DNA from: Candidatus Obscuribacteraceae bacterium | Lineage (GTDB): Bacteria; Cyanobacteriota; Vampirovibrionia; Obscuribacterales; Obscuribacteraceae | Direction: 5' to 3' | Length of the DNA: 64,000 nt | Assembly (NCBI GenBank): GCA_044226015.1 | Contig: JBGAHS010000002.1 | Span: 561,571-625,570, forward strand | Shown: positions 26,536 to 36,334 of the stretch, one piece after another | Layout: the number at the start of each line of letters is the position of its first letter | Numbering within the stretch: the stretch's first letter is position 1 | Translations under genes and position numbers: made by a program | The notes under the pieces: model-generated | What the model saw: only the letters and a program-made list of their open reading frames with translations | What the model was told of the DNA's origin: nothing | Database searches by the model: none

Positions 26536-27915
26536 TTAAACTGCGGCAAATAATAGATTCAAGCTCTCTGCCATAGTCGGATGGGTGAAGATGGTATCAC
26601 GCACCGTCGTATATGGCAGCTTACCAATCATAGCCATTTGCACAACAGACATCACTTCTCCCGCCGAATGACAAAGGAGAGAGCAACCCAATATCTGCTT
26701 CGATTCTTTATCGATAACAGCTTTCAAAAGCCCTTTCACTTCACCTGAGGTATTTGATCGCGGAATCTTGGCTGCGGGAATTTTCGCAAGCAGAATGTCA
26801 AAACCTTTCTTTCGGGCTTGCTCTTCCGTTAGACCAACCCGACCAAGTTCAGGATCTATGAAAAGTGTATACGGTACAAGTCGGCCCGCAGTCGAACGAT
26901 TTGCGTTGTGAAGAACATTGTCTCGAATAATTCGAAAGTCGTCCCACGAGACGTGAGTAAAAAGCGGTCCACCATTGCAATCACCAATAGCCCAAATATT
27001 TTCTGCGTCTGTCTCTAGTTTGTCGTTTACCTTGATGTTGCCTCGCTCGTCTGTTTTGACTCCGCACAGCTCAAGGTTCAAGCCTTCGGTATTAGGCTTG
27101 CGTCCTATCGCGAGCATTAGATGGCTGCATTGCAGCGGCTCTGCATCGGCAAGACTAACGGCAACGCCAGATGAACCATCGCGCGCCACAGACTGAATTT
27201 TCGCATTCGAAATAAATCGAATGCCGTCATCTTGCAATATCTGTTTCACGCAATCTGCAATGTCAGCATCTTCAGCCGGTAGGAAGCGTTCGCCCCTGAG
27301 CAGAACAGTAACTGCGCTGCCAAGCCTGCGAAAGACTTGAGCAAACTCCAAGGCGATATAGCCACCACCCACGATGACTAGATGTTCAGGCAACACTTCC
27401 AATTCCATTATTGAGGTGCTGGTGAGATAAGGTACCTCCGCAAGCCCTGGAGTATCAGGAACGGAAGTTCTGCTGCCAGTATTGATGTAAATGCGCTTAG
27501 CGGTAAGCAAGCGATTTGTCTTATCTTCCGCTTCCACTGAAATTGATTTCGCTCCAGCAAATTTGCCGGTGCCAAGAATAAAAGTGAGATTCGGAGTTTT
27601 TGTGAACAGATCCCAATGTGTGTTCACCATGTTAGCCACCACCTTGCGCTTACGTTCAACAATGCTTTTCAGACTTGGAAGGGCCGGGGCTGACTGAACA
27701 CCAAGATGCGCAGAGTGGTTTATTGAATCGAAAAGCTTCGCGCTTGCAACCATGGTCTTAGTAGGAATGCAGGCGACGTTTATGCAGGTGCCGCCAATTT
27801 GTCCTCTTTCAATGAGCGCAACCTTGTGTCCTGCTTGCGCAAGGGCAAGAGCTAGCGTCTTTCCCCCTTTGCCACCACCCAAGACTATGTCATCAAAAAT
27901 TTCTTCAGCAGACAC
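26536..27915 (-). CDS. class I pyridine nucleotide-disulfide oxidoreductase (RclA/YkgC- or MerA-like)
   Basis: GGGKGG, GGTCINVACIPTK redox CxxxxC, GGGYIALE, HPTMAE. No MerA C-terminal Cys-Cys pair. Confidence 0.9.
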   Translation of the reverse strand: MSAEEIFDDIVLGGGKGGKTLALALAQAGHKVALIERGQIGGTCINVACIPTKTMVASAKLFDSINHSAHLGVQSAPALPSLKSIVERKRKVVANMVNTHWDLFTKTPNLTFILGTGKFAGAKSISVEAEDKTNRLLTAKRIYINTGSRTSVPDTPGLAEVPYLTSTSIMELEVLPEHLVIVGGGYIALEFAQVFRRLGSAVTVLLRGERFLPAEDADIADCVKQILQDDGIRFISNAKIQSVARDGSSGVAVSLADAEPLQCSHLMLAIGRKPNTEGLNLELCGVKTDERGNIKVNDKLETDAENIWAIGDCNGGPLFTHVSWDDFRIIRDNVLHNANRSTAGRLVPYTLFIDPELGRVGLTEEQARKKGFDILLAKIPAAKIPRSNTSGEVKGLLKAVIDKESKQILGCSLLCHSAGEVMSVVQMAMIGKLPYTTVRDTIFTHPTMAESLNLLFAAV

Positions 27916-28057
27916 CAGCGTTCCTCACATTTCCGAACTAAAGCTGTATTTTACCTCAGACAAGACGAGGCGAGATCCACTATGCCCGCAAATGCATAGC
28001 ACAAGATTGGATGCCGCCAAGGATGGAGCAACCAAGCAGATGTAAACAGTGAAGAGT

Positions 28058-29254
28058 CTATTTAGAACTATTCAAGTGAGCATCGGACTTCATTGCGTCG
28101 ATCAAAGAAGCGTAGAACTTCTCTCCACCACGTCCGTTAAGGTGGCAGCAATCTTCAAAGTCCTGCAGTGAATAGCCAAGGTGCTTAGTTCCAATATCGA
28201 GGAAATTTGCATCATATTGCTCACACAAATGGGCTAATGATTCCGTGTAAGCAGCATAAGCCTTGGGTCCCAACGCTGCGACATTCTCTTCTGTCAACGG
28301 CATATTTACCACTACAACACGCGTTCCATTGTTCTTTGCGGCAACCAGCAGCTTCTGCAAAAATCCGCTCTGCTGCTCGAGCATTTGATAGTTCGGCGGG
28401 TTATAAAGCTTCTTGTATGTCTCGAGATCCTTCAAGCGATTTGGTCTGTCACCTACATAAGTGGTGACTGCGATTTCTGACTTAGCCTGATGCCCACTCA
28501 TTGAACATGCAAAATCCACAGCAAGTGAGCGAAGCCTCGCAATGACCTTCTCTACTTTATGTTGCGCTTTTATCGCCGACTCTTTTATTTTTGCAGCGCT
28601 CCATTTAGACGGCAGAAGCGAATCTTGCTCGTACTCTTTTATAAACTGGCGCGTGGGAGTTTCCAAATATTTTTGCTGGGTATTATCGAGAAAATCTCTC
28701 GGTGCAAGACCGAGCACAACAACTTTTGGATGTTTGTTTTCTTGCAACATCAAACGATAAATGCCAAATTGATCAGACATAATCGAAGAAGCAACACCCA
28801 GATTTTTTACCGAGAAATTTAGTCCGGCTTGTTCCTTCAATTTCGACTGAAAATACTTAGCCTGAGTGTATTCTGGGATGTAGCGGTCATAATACCAGCG
28901 GTCATAGCAAGCCAACTTATTATCCATTTTGTCATCACATCTCACTGCAGGTGTGAGCACCAGTGACGAACCAAGAAAAACCAAATCGGGATCTTCCCTG
29001 GACGGCAAGAACGCAGCAAGCTTGGTTACGAGAACTCTAAAAGTTCCAGTGACACCATCTGCAGCATTAAGGTATCTAGAAGGAATCGCCAATGCAATAA
29101 AAAACGATATAGTCAAAAACGCCAGTGTGAGCAGCACTGCACTCTTCCAAAATGAAGCAGAGGAGTTCGGAGCAAGATCATTTGGTAGTCCAGGAGAAAC
29201 CTTGTCCACCTGTGGTTTGACAATAGTCGCAGTACTTTCTACAGACTGACTCAT
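28058..29254 (-). CDS. membrane-anchored SGNH-like (DUF1574/DltD-like) protein
   Basis: N-terminal TM, VFLGSSL, DCCHLN (DxxH). ATGA overlap with the upstream gene. Confidence 0.7.
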   Translation of the reverse strand: MSQSVESTATIVKPQVDKVSPGLPNDLAPNSSASFWKSAVLLTLAFLTISFFIALAIPSRYLNAADGVTGTFRVLVTKLAAFLPSREDPDLVFLGSSLVLTPAVRCDDKMDNKLACYDRWYYDRYIPEYTQAKYFQSKLKEQAGLNFSVKNLGVASSIMSDQFGIYRLMLQENKHPKVVVLGLAPRDFLDNTQQKYLETPTRQFIKEYEQDSLLPSKWSAAKIKESAIKAQHKVEKVIARLRSLAVDFACSMSGHQAKSEIAVTTYVGDRPNRLKDLETYKKLYNPPNYQMLEQQSGFLQKLLVAAKNNGTRVVVVNMPLTEENVAALGPKAYAAYTESLAHLCEQYDANFLDIGTKHLGYSLQDFEDCCHLNGRGGEKFYASLIDAMKSDAHLNSSK

Positions 29255-30798
29255 TTAGCCGGTGTCTCCTTAACGTAAGGATCCACCTTTGGAGCAAGGG
29301 CTTTTGCTACGAACTCATGACCAGCCGCTGTGTAATGAACCAGAAAGAAAAGAGCGTCCTTGTCTTTTGCGGGAAGAGTCTTGGCGTCCTCATGCACATT
29401 TAGGAGCGGAATTTGCTTTTCAGCACAAATGCCTTGCAACATTTTGATTTCATCGTTGTAATCGAAATCAAGAAAAGCCGTTTGCATTCCCTGCTTTGCG
29501 GAAAGAGCCGAACGCACAGGAAGAGCAACAACCGCGAATTTTGCGCCATTCGCTTCTGACACCGTCTTCATTTCATAGAAAAGCGAGCCGAGCGTTCTAA
29601 CAATCAAATCCTGATAATTGAGGCGCCCTGATTTTGGAGCTTCACTGGATGAGGCAGCAGATACTTTGGATTCAGGCGCGGATTTAGCAGCGCTTTCTTT
29701 TCGGACGGATCCCTCATCCTTGCTAGAAGCCCCCAGGATGGCGGGTTTACCAGGTGCGGGTTTACCAGGAGTGGATTTACTAACGCTTTCCTTTCCGACA
29801 GATCCCGAGGGCTGGCTAGAAGGCGCCAGGATGGCAGTGTTCCCATGAGTCAAGCTAGCAGTGGAGCTGCCAGCGCTTTCGTTTACGGCTGATGCCGTGG
29901 AGAGCTTTTTGCTGGCGGCAGCACCGCGCAGCTGTTTGATTTGCGTGTTGAACCAAGCCTTCGTCTCATCAAAAGTTAGTCGAATTGCTTTTCCTGGACG
30001 AGTCATGAACAACGACAACTTCTTATAGGTTTCGTTATGCATACTCCAGTCAAGTTCCGCTGCTGCATAAAGCCCCCAGAGGCGGCTGTTCTCCCTGAGG
30101 AACTCGACGTTCTTCAAGAATCGCGCACGCGGAGTCTTCATCCATCCGGTTACAGGGCTGCAATCAATCGTCAGTTTCTGGCCCGGCAAATGCAGCGCAG
30201 CAGGGCGAACATTTGTCAGCACCTCATCTGGTGGCGACCAATTTTCAAAGCAGTCGCGACTGTTGTAGCAAAGCAAAACTAAATCAGGATTGAACTTCAA
30301 AACCTGCTTCTTCAGCTGCAAATATTCCTGTACAGTCGAATAACCAGAAGTTCCAAAATTGATTACCTGAACAGGGCGACCAAGTTCATCGCTAAGCTTC
30401 TTCTCAATCTTGTAGCCAAAGCTTTCTTCGACCGGAACCTGCAAACTCTCGGTAAGGGAATCTCCAAGCAGCGCTACTCGATATGTGCCTGCAGGTTTAG
30501 CTACAGTGATACCACTTTCGCGCAACCCTTCCTTATCAAAATAAGAGGTAGCAAAGCCCTCTGAACGCCATGTGATCTTCTTATTGCACATGTGCCTAAA
30601 ACCGAGCTCAGGGTCTAGTTTATAGATTTCCTCCTCGCCCAGCCCAGCAACAAATAACGACGCCTCGACAAGCATAACCGCCATGATTTGCCAGGCAATA
30701 ATTTTTCCAGCAAGAGCCACGAGCGATCCTTTCTTATCGCTCTTATTCTGAGCTTGATCTTTGATTGTTTTTTCTTTTGTTGAAGAAAACATCGTCAA
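29251..30798 (-). CDS. membrane-anchored SGNH/GDSL hydrolase-like protein (AlgX/AlgJ-like)
   Basis: ALLGDSLTES, INFGTSGYST, LCYNSRD, VHYTAAGH. Low-complexity Ser/Ala/Lys/Pro insertion. Confidence 0.78.
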   Translation of the reverse strand: MTMFSSTKEKTIKDQAQNKSDKKGSLVALAGKIIAWQIMAVMLVEASLFVAGLGEEEIYKLDPELGFRHMCNKKITWRSEGFATSYFDKEGLRESGITVAKPAGTYRVALLGDSLTESLQVPVEESFGYKIEKKLSDELGRPVQVINFGTSGYSTVQEYLQLKKQVLKFNPDLVLLCYNSRDCFENWSPPDEVLTNVRPAALHLPGQKLTIDCSPVTGWMKTPRARFLKNVEFLRENSRLWGLYAAAELDWSMHNETYKKLSLFMTRPGKAIRLTFDETKAWFNTQIKQLRGAAASKKLSTASAVNESAGSSTASLTHGNTAILAPSSQPSGSVGKESVSKSTPGKPAPGKPAILGASSKDEGSVRKESAAKSAPESKVSAASSSEAPKSGRLNYQDLIVRTLGSLFYEMKTVSEANGAKFAVVALPVRSALSAKQGMQTAFLDFDYNDEIKMLQGICAEKQIPLLNVHEDAKTLPAKDKDALFFLVHYTAAGHEFVAKALAPKVDPYVKETPAK

Positions 30799-30804
30799 GC
30801 CTCA

Positions 30805-32274
30805 CTAAAACTGGAAATAAATGAAAGGAGTAACTTGCGTCGGGCGCGCAGCAAACAAAAATAGCAAAGTCGCGGTCCACGCGGCGAGCCTGACATGAAT
30901 CGGAAACACCAGCTCTGCTGGCGACTTCAAATCACGTTTGACCTTCAGGTACTCGGTCAAAAGCCAAAATGCCATATAAATGGTTCCGAAAACTGGAACC
31001 CCAGTTCTAATTAGCAACTCCATAGTATTGGGCTGCATGGCAAAATTTCCGAGAGAATTGAAAATGTTCATCGTCGTTCCGAGGTTAGGCGCTCGGAACA
31101 TCACGAAGCAAGCCGCCACAAACATGAAGGTCATGATTGCATTTAGAACCCGCATAGGTGGAAGACTCAGAATCTGCTTAGCCGTAACAGTCTTATCCAA
31201 ACGTGATTTCCAAATTCGGTTTAGAACCAGAGCACAGCCATGCAGCGCGCCCCATGCAACAAACTGCCAGGCAGCACCATGCCAGAGACCGCACAGCGTC
31301 ATGGTGACGAGAAGATTTTTCAAACCAGCAAAATATGAGCAGCGTGACCCGCCCATTGGAATATAGATGTAGTCGCGAATCCACGACGAAAGCGAAATGT
31401 GCCAACGCCGCCAGAATGTTGCGATATCTTCGGATATGTATGGAACCTGGAAATTAACTGGAAGACGTATGCCCAACAAAAGTGCCGAGCCACGACCCAT
31501 GTCGGTATAGCCAGAGAAATCGCAGAATATCTGAATCGAAAACCCGATGAAAGCCAGCCACGCATCTATCGCAGAAACGGGCTGCACTGCAGCATACGTC
31601 GGAGCAATGACCCAGCCGAGAGGGTCAGCAATAGCTACCTTTTTGAACAATCCCTGTGCAATCAAAGTCATGCCTTCATAGAGAAGTTCTTTAGACCACG
31701 GAGTGGGATGACGAAGATTCTCTTCAAAATCCTGATACCGCTTAATTGGACCCGCGATTTGCGATGGAAAGAAAGCCGCAAAAGCAGCGAATTCCATCCA
31801 TGATTTGACGCTCTTACTGCCTTTATAAACATCAACAAGGTAGTGAATAAACTCAAAAACAAAGAAGGAAATGCCGAGCGGCAGAATTATTTGCAGCGCC
31901 GGCGAATGCATTGTTGCAAGTGTCGCGTTGTGAAGCTGCGTGCCCAACAAATTGAGCAGCGACACTGAATTACTCAACAAGAAATTACTGTACTTGAAGT
32001 AGACCAGACAGAATAGGTTGAAGACTATTCCCGCCGTCAGAATAGACTTAGCACGGGGCAGAGAATGCTCACGCACTTTATCGATCGCAATGCCCATCAA
32101 CCAGCAGGCTGTCGACAGCGCGAATAGCAAAGCACCATAAGCGGGCATCCAGCTCATGTAGAAGAAGTAGCTAGAAGCCACAACCAGAGCCAATCGCGCC
32201 TTGCCTTGCAGCTTCCAATAGAGGAAAACCACAATGGGCAAAAATATGAAATATTGGATGCTGCTAAAAATCAC
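30805..32274 (-). CDS. MBOAT family O-acyltransferase, second copy
   Basis: LPLGISFF, FFPSQIAGPI, DFSGYTD, FWRRWHISLSSW, GLWHGA, C-terminal PFIYFQF. Confidence 0.92.
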   Translation of the reverse strand: MIFSSIQYFIFLPIVVFLYWKLQGKARLALVVASSYFFYMSWMPAYGALLFALSTACWLMGIAIDKVREHSLPRAKSILTAGIVFNLFCLVYFKYSNFLLSNSVSLLNLLGTQLHNATLATMHSPALQIILPLGISFFVFEFIHYLVDVYKGSKSVKSWMEFAAFAAFFPSQIAGPIKRYQDFEENLRHPTPWSKELLYEGMTLIAQGLFKKVAIADPLGWVIAPTYAAVQPVSAIDAWLAFIGFSIQIFCDFSGYTDMGRGSALLLGIRLPVNFQVPYISEDIATFWRRWHISLSSWIRDYIYIPMGGSRCSYFAGLKNLLVTMTLCGLWHGAAWQFVAWGALHGCALVLNRIWKSRLDKTVTAKQILSLPPMRVLNAIMTFMFVAACFVMFRAPNLGTTMNIFNSLGNFAMQPNTMELLIRTGVPVFGTIYMAFWLLTEYLKVKRDLKSPAELVFPIHVRLAAWTATLLFLFAARPTQVTPFIYFQF

Positions 32275-32592
32275 CGCTTGGCTGATCCTTCCGAGCTAAC
32301 TTAAACTAGCAGAAAGCTTATGAATGTTAGCATCCTGCCTCTTGTCATTCATTGCTTAGATTTCAATTTTGCCGCGTTGAATTCAATATATTTAAGGATG
32401 CCCCCCATTTTTCAGCACCCAAGGGGAACTTGCAAACAGCTCTTGCAGGCTAAGTTCTTCTAATACTTTGCCACACACCGTTTTTGTAACAAAGTGACCC
32501 TCCGATAATGCGATTAGCATGAACGGAATCGACTTGCTGAATGCGGTAGTTGGCGCCATTATTAGCTGCCGGTTGCCGGTAGTTTTACTCAG

Positions 32593-35502
32593 ATGTCTTC
32601 ACTCACCTCGCCAACACAAACTTCAACAAAGGACGCTTCGAAAGCTCGCAAGCAACTTTGGCTGAATCTGTTTTGTATTGGCTTGCTGGCGCTTGTGGTT
32701 CTGGGGTGCTTCCACAGAACGGTTTTTCGCGGACAGCCTATTTCGCGCGTCTATCAATTAGGTCAGCGAGACACGCTCTATTCGAAATATTTTGTGCCAG
32801 CTCGTGAGGGCTACGATGCCTCTGTCTATCAATACTTCGTACCATCACATTATTTTTTGACAGAACAGCTGAAGAAAGGTGTGCTTCCTCTGTGGAATCC
32901 TCTCGCGGGCTGCGGAGCCCCTTTCCTTGCAGATGTTGAGACGGCTGTGTTCTGGCCGGCGAGGTTGCTTACACTCTTTTTGCAACCACTAAAAGCATGG
33001 AATTTGCTTATCGTCTGTAACTTAGTCAATTTTGCCATCGGAACATTCGTGCTGGGCAAACTGATGAATTTGCGCCGCTACGCAATCATCTTCGCTTCAT
33101 TGACAATGGCGTTCTGCCCATTCCTAGTATTTCAGTCCGAGCTAATCGGCTCATCGTCATCCATGATACCGTGGGTAATGGCAAGTTTTGTTTATATGCA
33201 TAAAAGCAGACGTCTTTTAGCAAAGCCGCTAGCAGGCTTTGCCTGTGCAGTGATGATTCTCTCGGGACACCCTGAGCCTTCCTTTTTTGGAATTGTTTGT
33301 TCAAGCATGCTTCTGATTTGCATGAGCATTTTAGATAGTGGGCAGGGTAGTACCTGGTGGAAACGATCAGGCGAATCACTTCTAGACATTGCTATTGTTG
33401 GCGCATTCGCATTTGGCTTCTGCTCGTTTATGTTATTGCCTTTTCTGGAACTTCTGAAAACATCAGACTGCTACAAACTGGGTTTAACCGGACATCGATT
33501 TGGCGTTCCGTTGAACAGCATCCTCGTAAATTTGCTGCATCCAGCATACGGAAATTCTAGTCCATTTTTAGGAATTCTCTGCGTTCCATTAGTATTGATC
33601 GGAGCATGGTTCAGCTTCGGCAAGGGAGGCGACAAAGGAGCAAAAGCCCTTCTTATTTGCAGTCTTATTTCAATAGCCCTAATGAGCCAGCTGGGTCCAC
33701 TTGATTTACTGATGAACTCGAAAGCATTTTCCTGGTTTGTACCGAAGTACTGTTGGCCGTCGCTACTACTGATGATAAGCATTCTTTCCGGCTACGGTTT
33801 TCAATGCATAGTTGACGACTCAAGGCAAAACTGGAGACGCAGTTCAATTCTTGCACTAACAACTTGCTTAATCAGCCTTGCCGCACTCTGCGCAGTGAGG
33901 ATGGTTCCTAGCCTACTCGAATGTATCAGACAAGACGAAGCATTCGATCACATGCAAATAATTAGCAAATTCTGGACACGAGACATAATTCTCATCACTA
34001 TATTCGGTGTCGTAGTTGCATTGAGTAAATTACTTCGCAAAGCACAAGCACCATTTATAGTACTAACAGGAGCGATCCTCACCGTCCTCAGCATCGCCCC
34101 TGTAACAAAGCAAGCAGCGCCAATCACAGGTCCATTTAATTACGATCTGGTAGACCCGATTCCATTTCTACAACAATCGGAGCAACGCATTGTGACAATG
34201 GGGCGGCACGTGCTCTGCCCATCAACAAACTTCTGCTTTGGCATCAACAACATAGTTCCTGTAAACGTCTATCACCCCAAACGATTCCAAAACTTCCTCA
34301 TCGCGATGGGTGTAACACCAGAAGGCGTTAACCAGTTTTTCGATGGCAGGCTGAACCCTGCAACAGCAATGGCTTCAGTCAAATATGTTGTTACTCCGCA
34401 ACCAGTGCTCGACAAAAGCGAGTCACTTCCAGAGCCGATTTTAATCAAAATTTCCAACAAGGTTACGTGGGGTGATAACGACCTTCTGGAACTCAAAGGT
34501 GCGGGACTCAGGTACGACCCGCAAAACAATGAACTACTGGGTAGCATCAAAATAAATGTAGATACAGACAAAGCACGTGATATAGCACTTCAGCCAATTC
34601 TATTGGATGAACACGATAATGTTTTATGGCTAGGCGATGCAGAACGCCTGCTCTATCTTTTCGCGAAAACGGGCAATGAAAAACGACTGGAACTTGTAAA
34701 AGACCTCGTCGTGCCGGTACCGAAATCCACAGATAAAGCCTTGCTTGCCTTGCAAGCTTTCGACTGGAGAACAATGAAGTTTTTGCAGCTTGGAAGCACC
34801 TCATACTCCGCCGACACGACCAAACAGAAACTTGCATTAGCAAAGATTGACGCCAAAGCAGGGCTGGTTCAGAGTGACTTGTTCAATCCAGAGCCAAGCT
34901 CTGAGTCAAGAAATTTCAAGCTAGTTCAAGAGACAGCGAGTCACGTAAGAGTATATGAGAATACGCTCGCACAACCAATGGCGAGACTAGCTACAAGCGT
35001 CATCGCGGTTCGCAACGCAGATGACGCATTAGCACAAATAACGTCTGGAGCAAAGAACGAGCAGTACAAAATAGTGTTGGATGCAAACGACTCGCTTGCT
35101 GCTTTCGATAAATTGCAAGTCCTCAGCAATTCGATAGGTTTAAACAGCTCTCAACACAATGCAGACAGGGCGAAATTCCAACGTAAAGACTGCAACAATA
35201 TCGAGGTAAATGTTGAGACTGCAGCCCGCTCCATATTGTTGGTTGCGGAGAATTATTACCCTGGCTGGTCCGCATCTATAGAACAAGATGGCAAATCCGT
35301 AGAAGCTGAAATAATGCATGGCGACTATTTATTTCAAGCTATTGAGGTTCCCTCAGGAAAATCAAAGGTGCACCTTCACTTCGAACCCAAAGGATTTTCC
35401 ATTGGTCTCATAATCTTGTCAGTCACATCAATAATTGCAGCCCTTGTAATCGCCTTTGATCTCAAAAACACGAAGACCCGATTACCTGAAAGACAAGACT
35501 AG
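32593..35502 (+). CDS. YfhO-family multi-pass GT-C-like membrane protein
   Basis: G.LPLWNP..GCG.PFLA, SGHPE, many TM helices, C-terminal ENYYPGW...FQAIEVP.G...V.L.FEP plus a final TM. Confidence 0.85.
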   Translation: MSSLTSPTQTSTKDASKARKQLWLNLFCIGLLALVVLGCFHRTVFRGQPISRVYQLGQRDTLYSKYFVPAREGYDASVYQYFVPSHYFLTEQLKKGVLPLWNPLAGCGAPFLADVETAVFWPARLLTLFLQPLKAWNLLIVCNLVNFAIGTFVLGKLMNLRRYAIIFASLTMAFCPFLVFQSELIGSSSSMIPWVMASFVYMHKSRRLLAKPLAGFACAVMILSGHPEPSFFGIVCSSMLLICMSILDSGQGSTWWKRSGESLLDIAIVGAFAFGFCSFMLLPFLELLKTSDCYKLGLTGHRFGVPLNSILVNLLHPAYGNSSPFLGILCVPLVLIGAWFSFGKGGDKGAKALLICSLISIALMSQLGPLDLLMNSKAFSWFVPKYCWPSLLLMISILSGYGFQCIVDDSRQNWRRSSILALTTCLISLAALCAVRMVPSLLECIRQDEAFDHMQIISKFWTRDIILITIFGVVVALSKLLRKAQAPFIVLTGAILTVLSIAPVTKQAAPITGPFNYDLVDPIPFLQQSEQRIVTMGRHVLCPSTNFCFGINNIVPVNVYHPKRFQNFLIAMGVTPEGVNQFFDGRLNPATAMASVKYVVTPQPVLDKSESLPEPILIKISNKVTWGDNDLLELKGAGLRYDPQNNELLGSIKINVDTDKARDIALQPILLDEHDNVLWLGDAERLLYLFAKTGNEKRLELVKDLVVPVPKSTDKALLALQAFDWRTMKFLQLGSTSYSADTTKQKLALAKIDAKAGLVQSDLFNPEPSSESRNFKLVQETASHVRVYENTLAQPMARLATSVIAVRNADDALAQITSGAKNEQYKIVLDANDSLAAFDKLQVLSNSIGLNSSQHNADRAKFQRKDCNNIEVNVETAARSILLVAENYYPGWSASIEQDGKSVEAEIMHGDYLFQAIEVPSGKSKVHLHFEPKGFSIGLIILSVTSIIAALVIAFDLKNTKTRLPERQD

Positions 35503-35844
35503 AATCTACAGCAAACGAACCTTTGACACTGAATGCATTGCTCGCAGACGAATTCTCGGAATATCCAATCTCACCCCGCGGCATATAGCCCTTTTACACA
35601 ACTTCAAGCAAGATTCAAATTGCAGAAACCAGAGGAACAAAGCCTGATAAGGCTCTCGGCAAGCCGCAAGCTTGTTACTTGTTAGATTCCAGAAAAGGAG
35701 CAGTGTTCTTAAACCGACCTTAGTATTTGAACGCTTTAATGGTGAGCGTCCTTAGAGACACGCCAGCCAAAAAGTAATGGTCGATAGAAAGGTTGTTGCA
35801 GCACGCTTGCTGCAACACCATATTTGGTGCAAACAAGGAGCATA

Positions 35845-36282
35845 ATGAAAATAATCGTACTAAGCTGTGACCCTCAATTCAATTTGAACCTCACAGATGT
35901 ATTAACTCCATACAGAGTCTTCCCAAAACTAAATCTCGAAATCATCAACGTAGTTGAACCTTCACTGGTAGTAGACATGTCACTCTCCCTTGCTGGTGGT
36001 CGCAGCATTTTTCGTCATATCATGGAACAACGAATGATTTATGCAGAACAGAGTGCCCTCATGGCCGAAACAATATTGAGTTCATACGCATCATTGAATG
36101 TGAGCGCCCAAGCAATTTTTGGAGTGCTGAACATTATTGCTATTAATTCAGCCATCAAAAATGATGCAGATCTTTTGATAGTAGACGCTCGCAATCTGTC
36201 GCCTGGCAAGATTGATAGACTAATAAAAAATTGCCCTTGTCCGGTCACGCTGATTGGCAACCCCAGAAAAAAATCAGCCTGA
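35845..36282 (+). CDS. universal stress protein-like
   Basis: SD AGGAG. MKIIV..., INVVEP, ADLLIV, LIKNCPCPVTLI follow the USP fold pattern, though degenerate. Confidence 0.6.
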   Translation: MKIIVLSCDPQFNLNLTDVLTPYRVFPKLNLEIINVVEPSLVVDMSLSLAGGRSIFRHIMEQRMIYAEQSALMAETILSSYASLNVSAQAIFGVLNIIAINSAIKNDADLLIVDARNLSPGKIDRLIKNCPCPVTLIGNPRKKSA

Positions 36283-36334
36283 TTAATCAAGCGCATTTTA
36301 GCTTAGGGACTCTGTACCAAGGTATCTAATAAGC

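Noticed and set aside
26536..27915. merA mercuric reductase
   Set aside because: No C-terminal Cys-Cys, no NmerA domain and no mer operon genes nearby.
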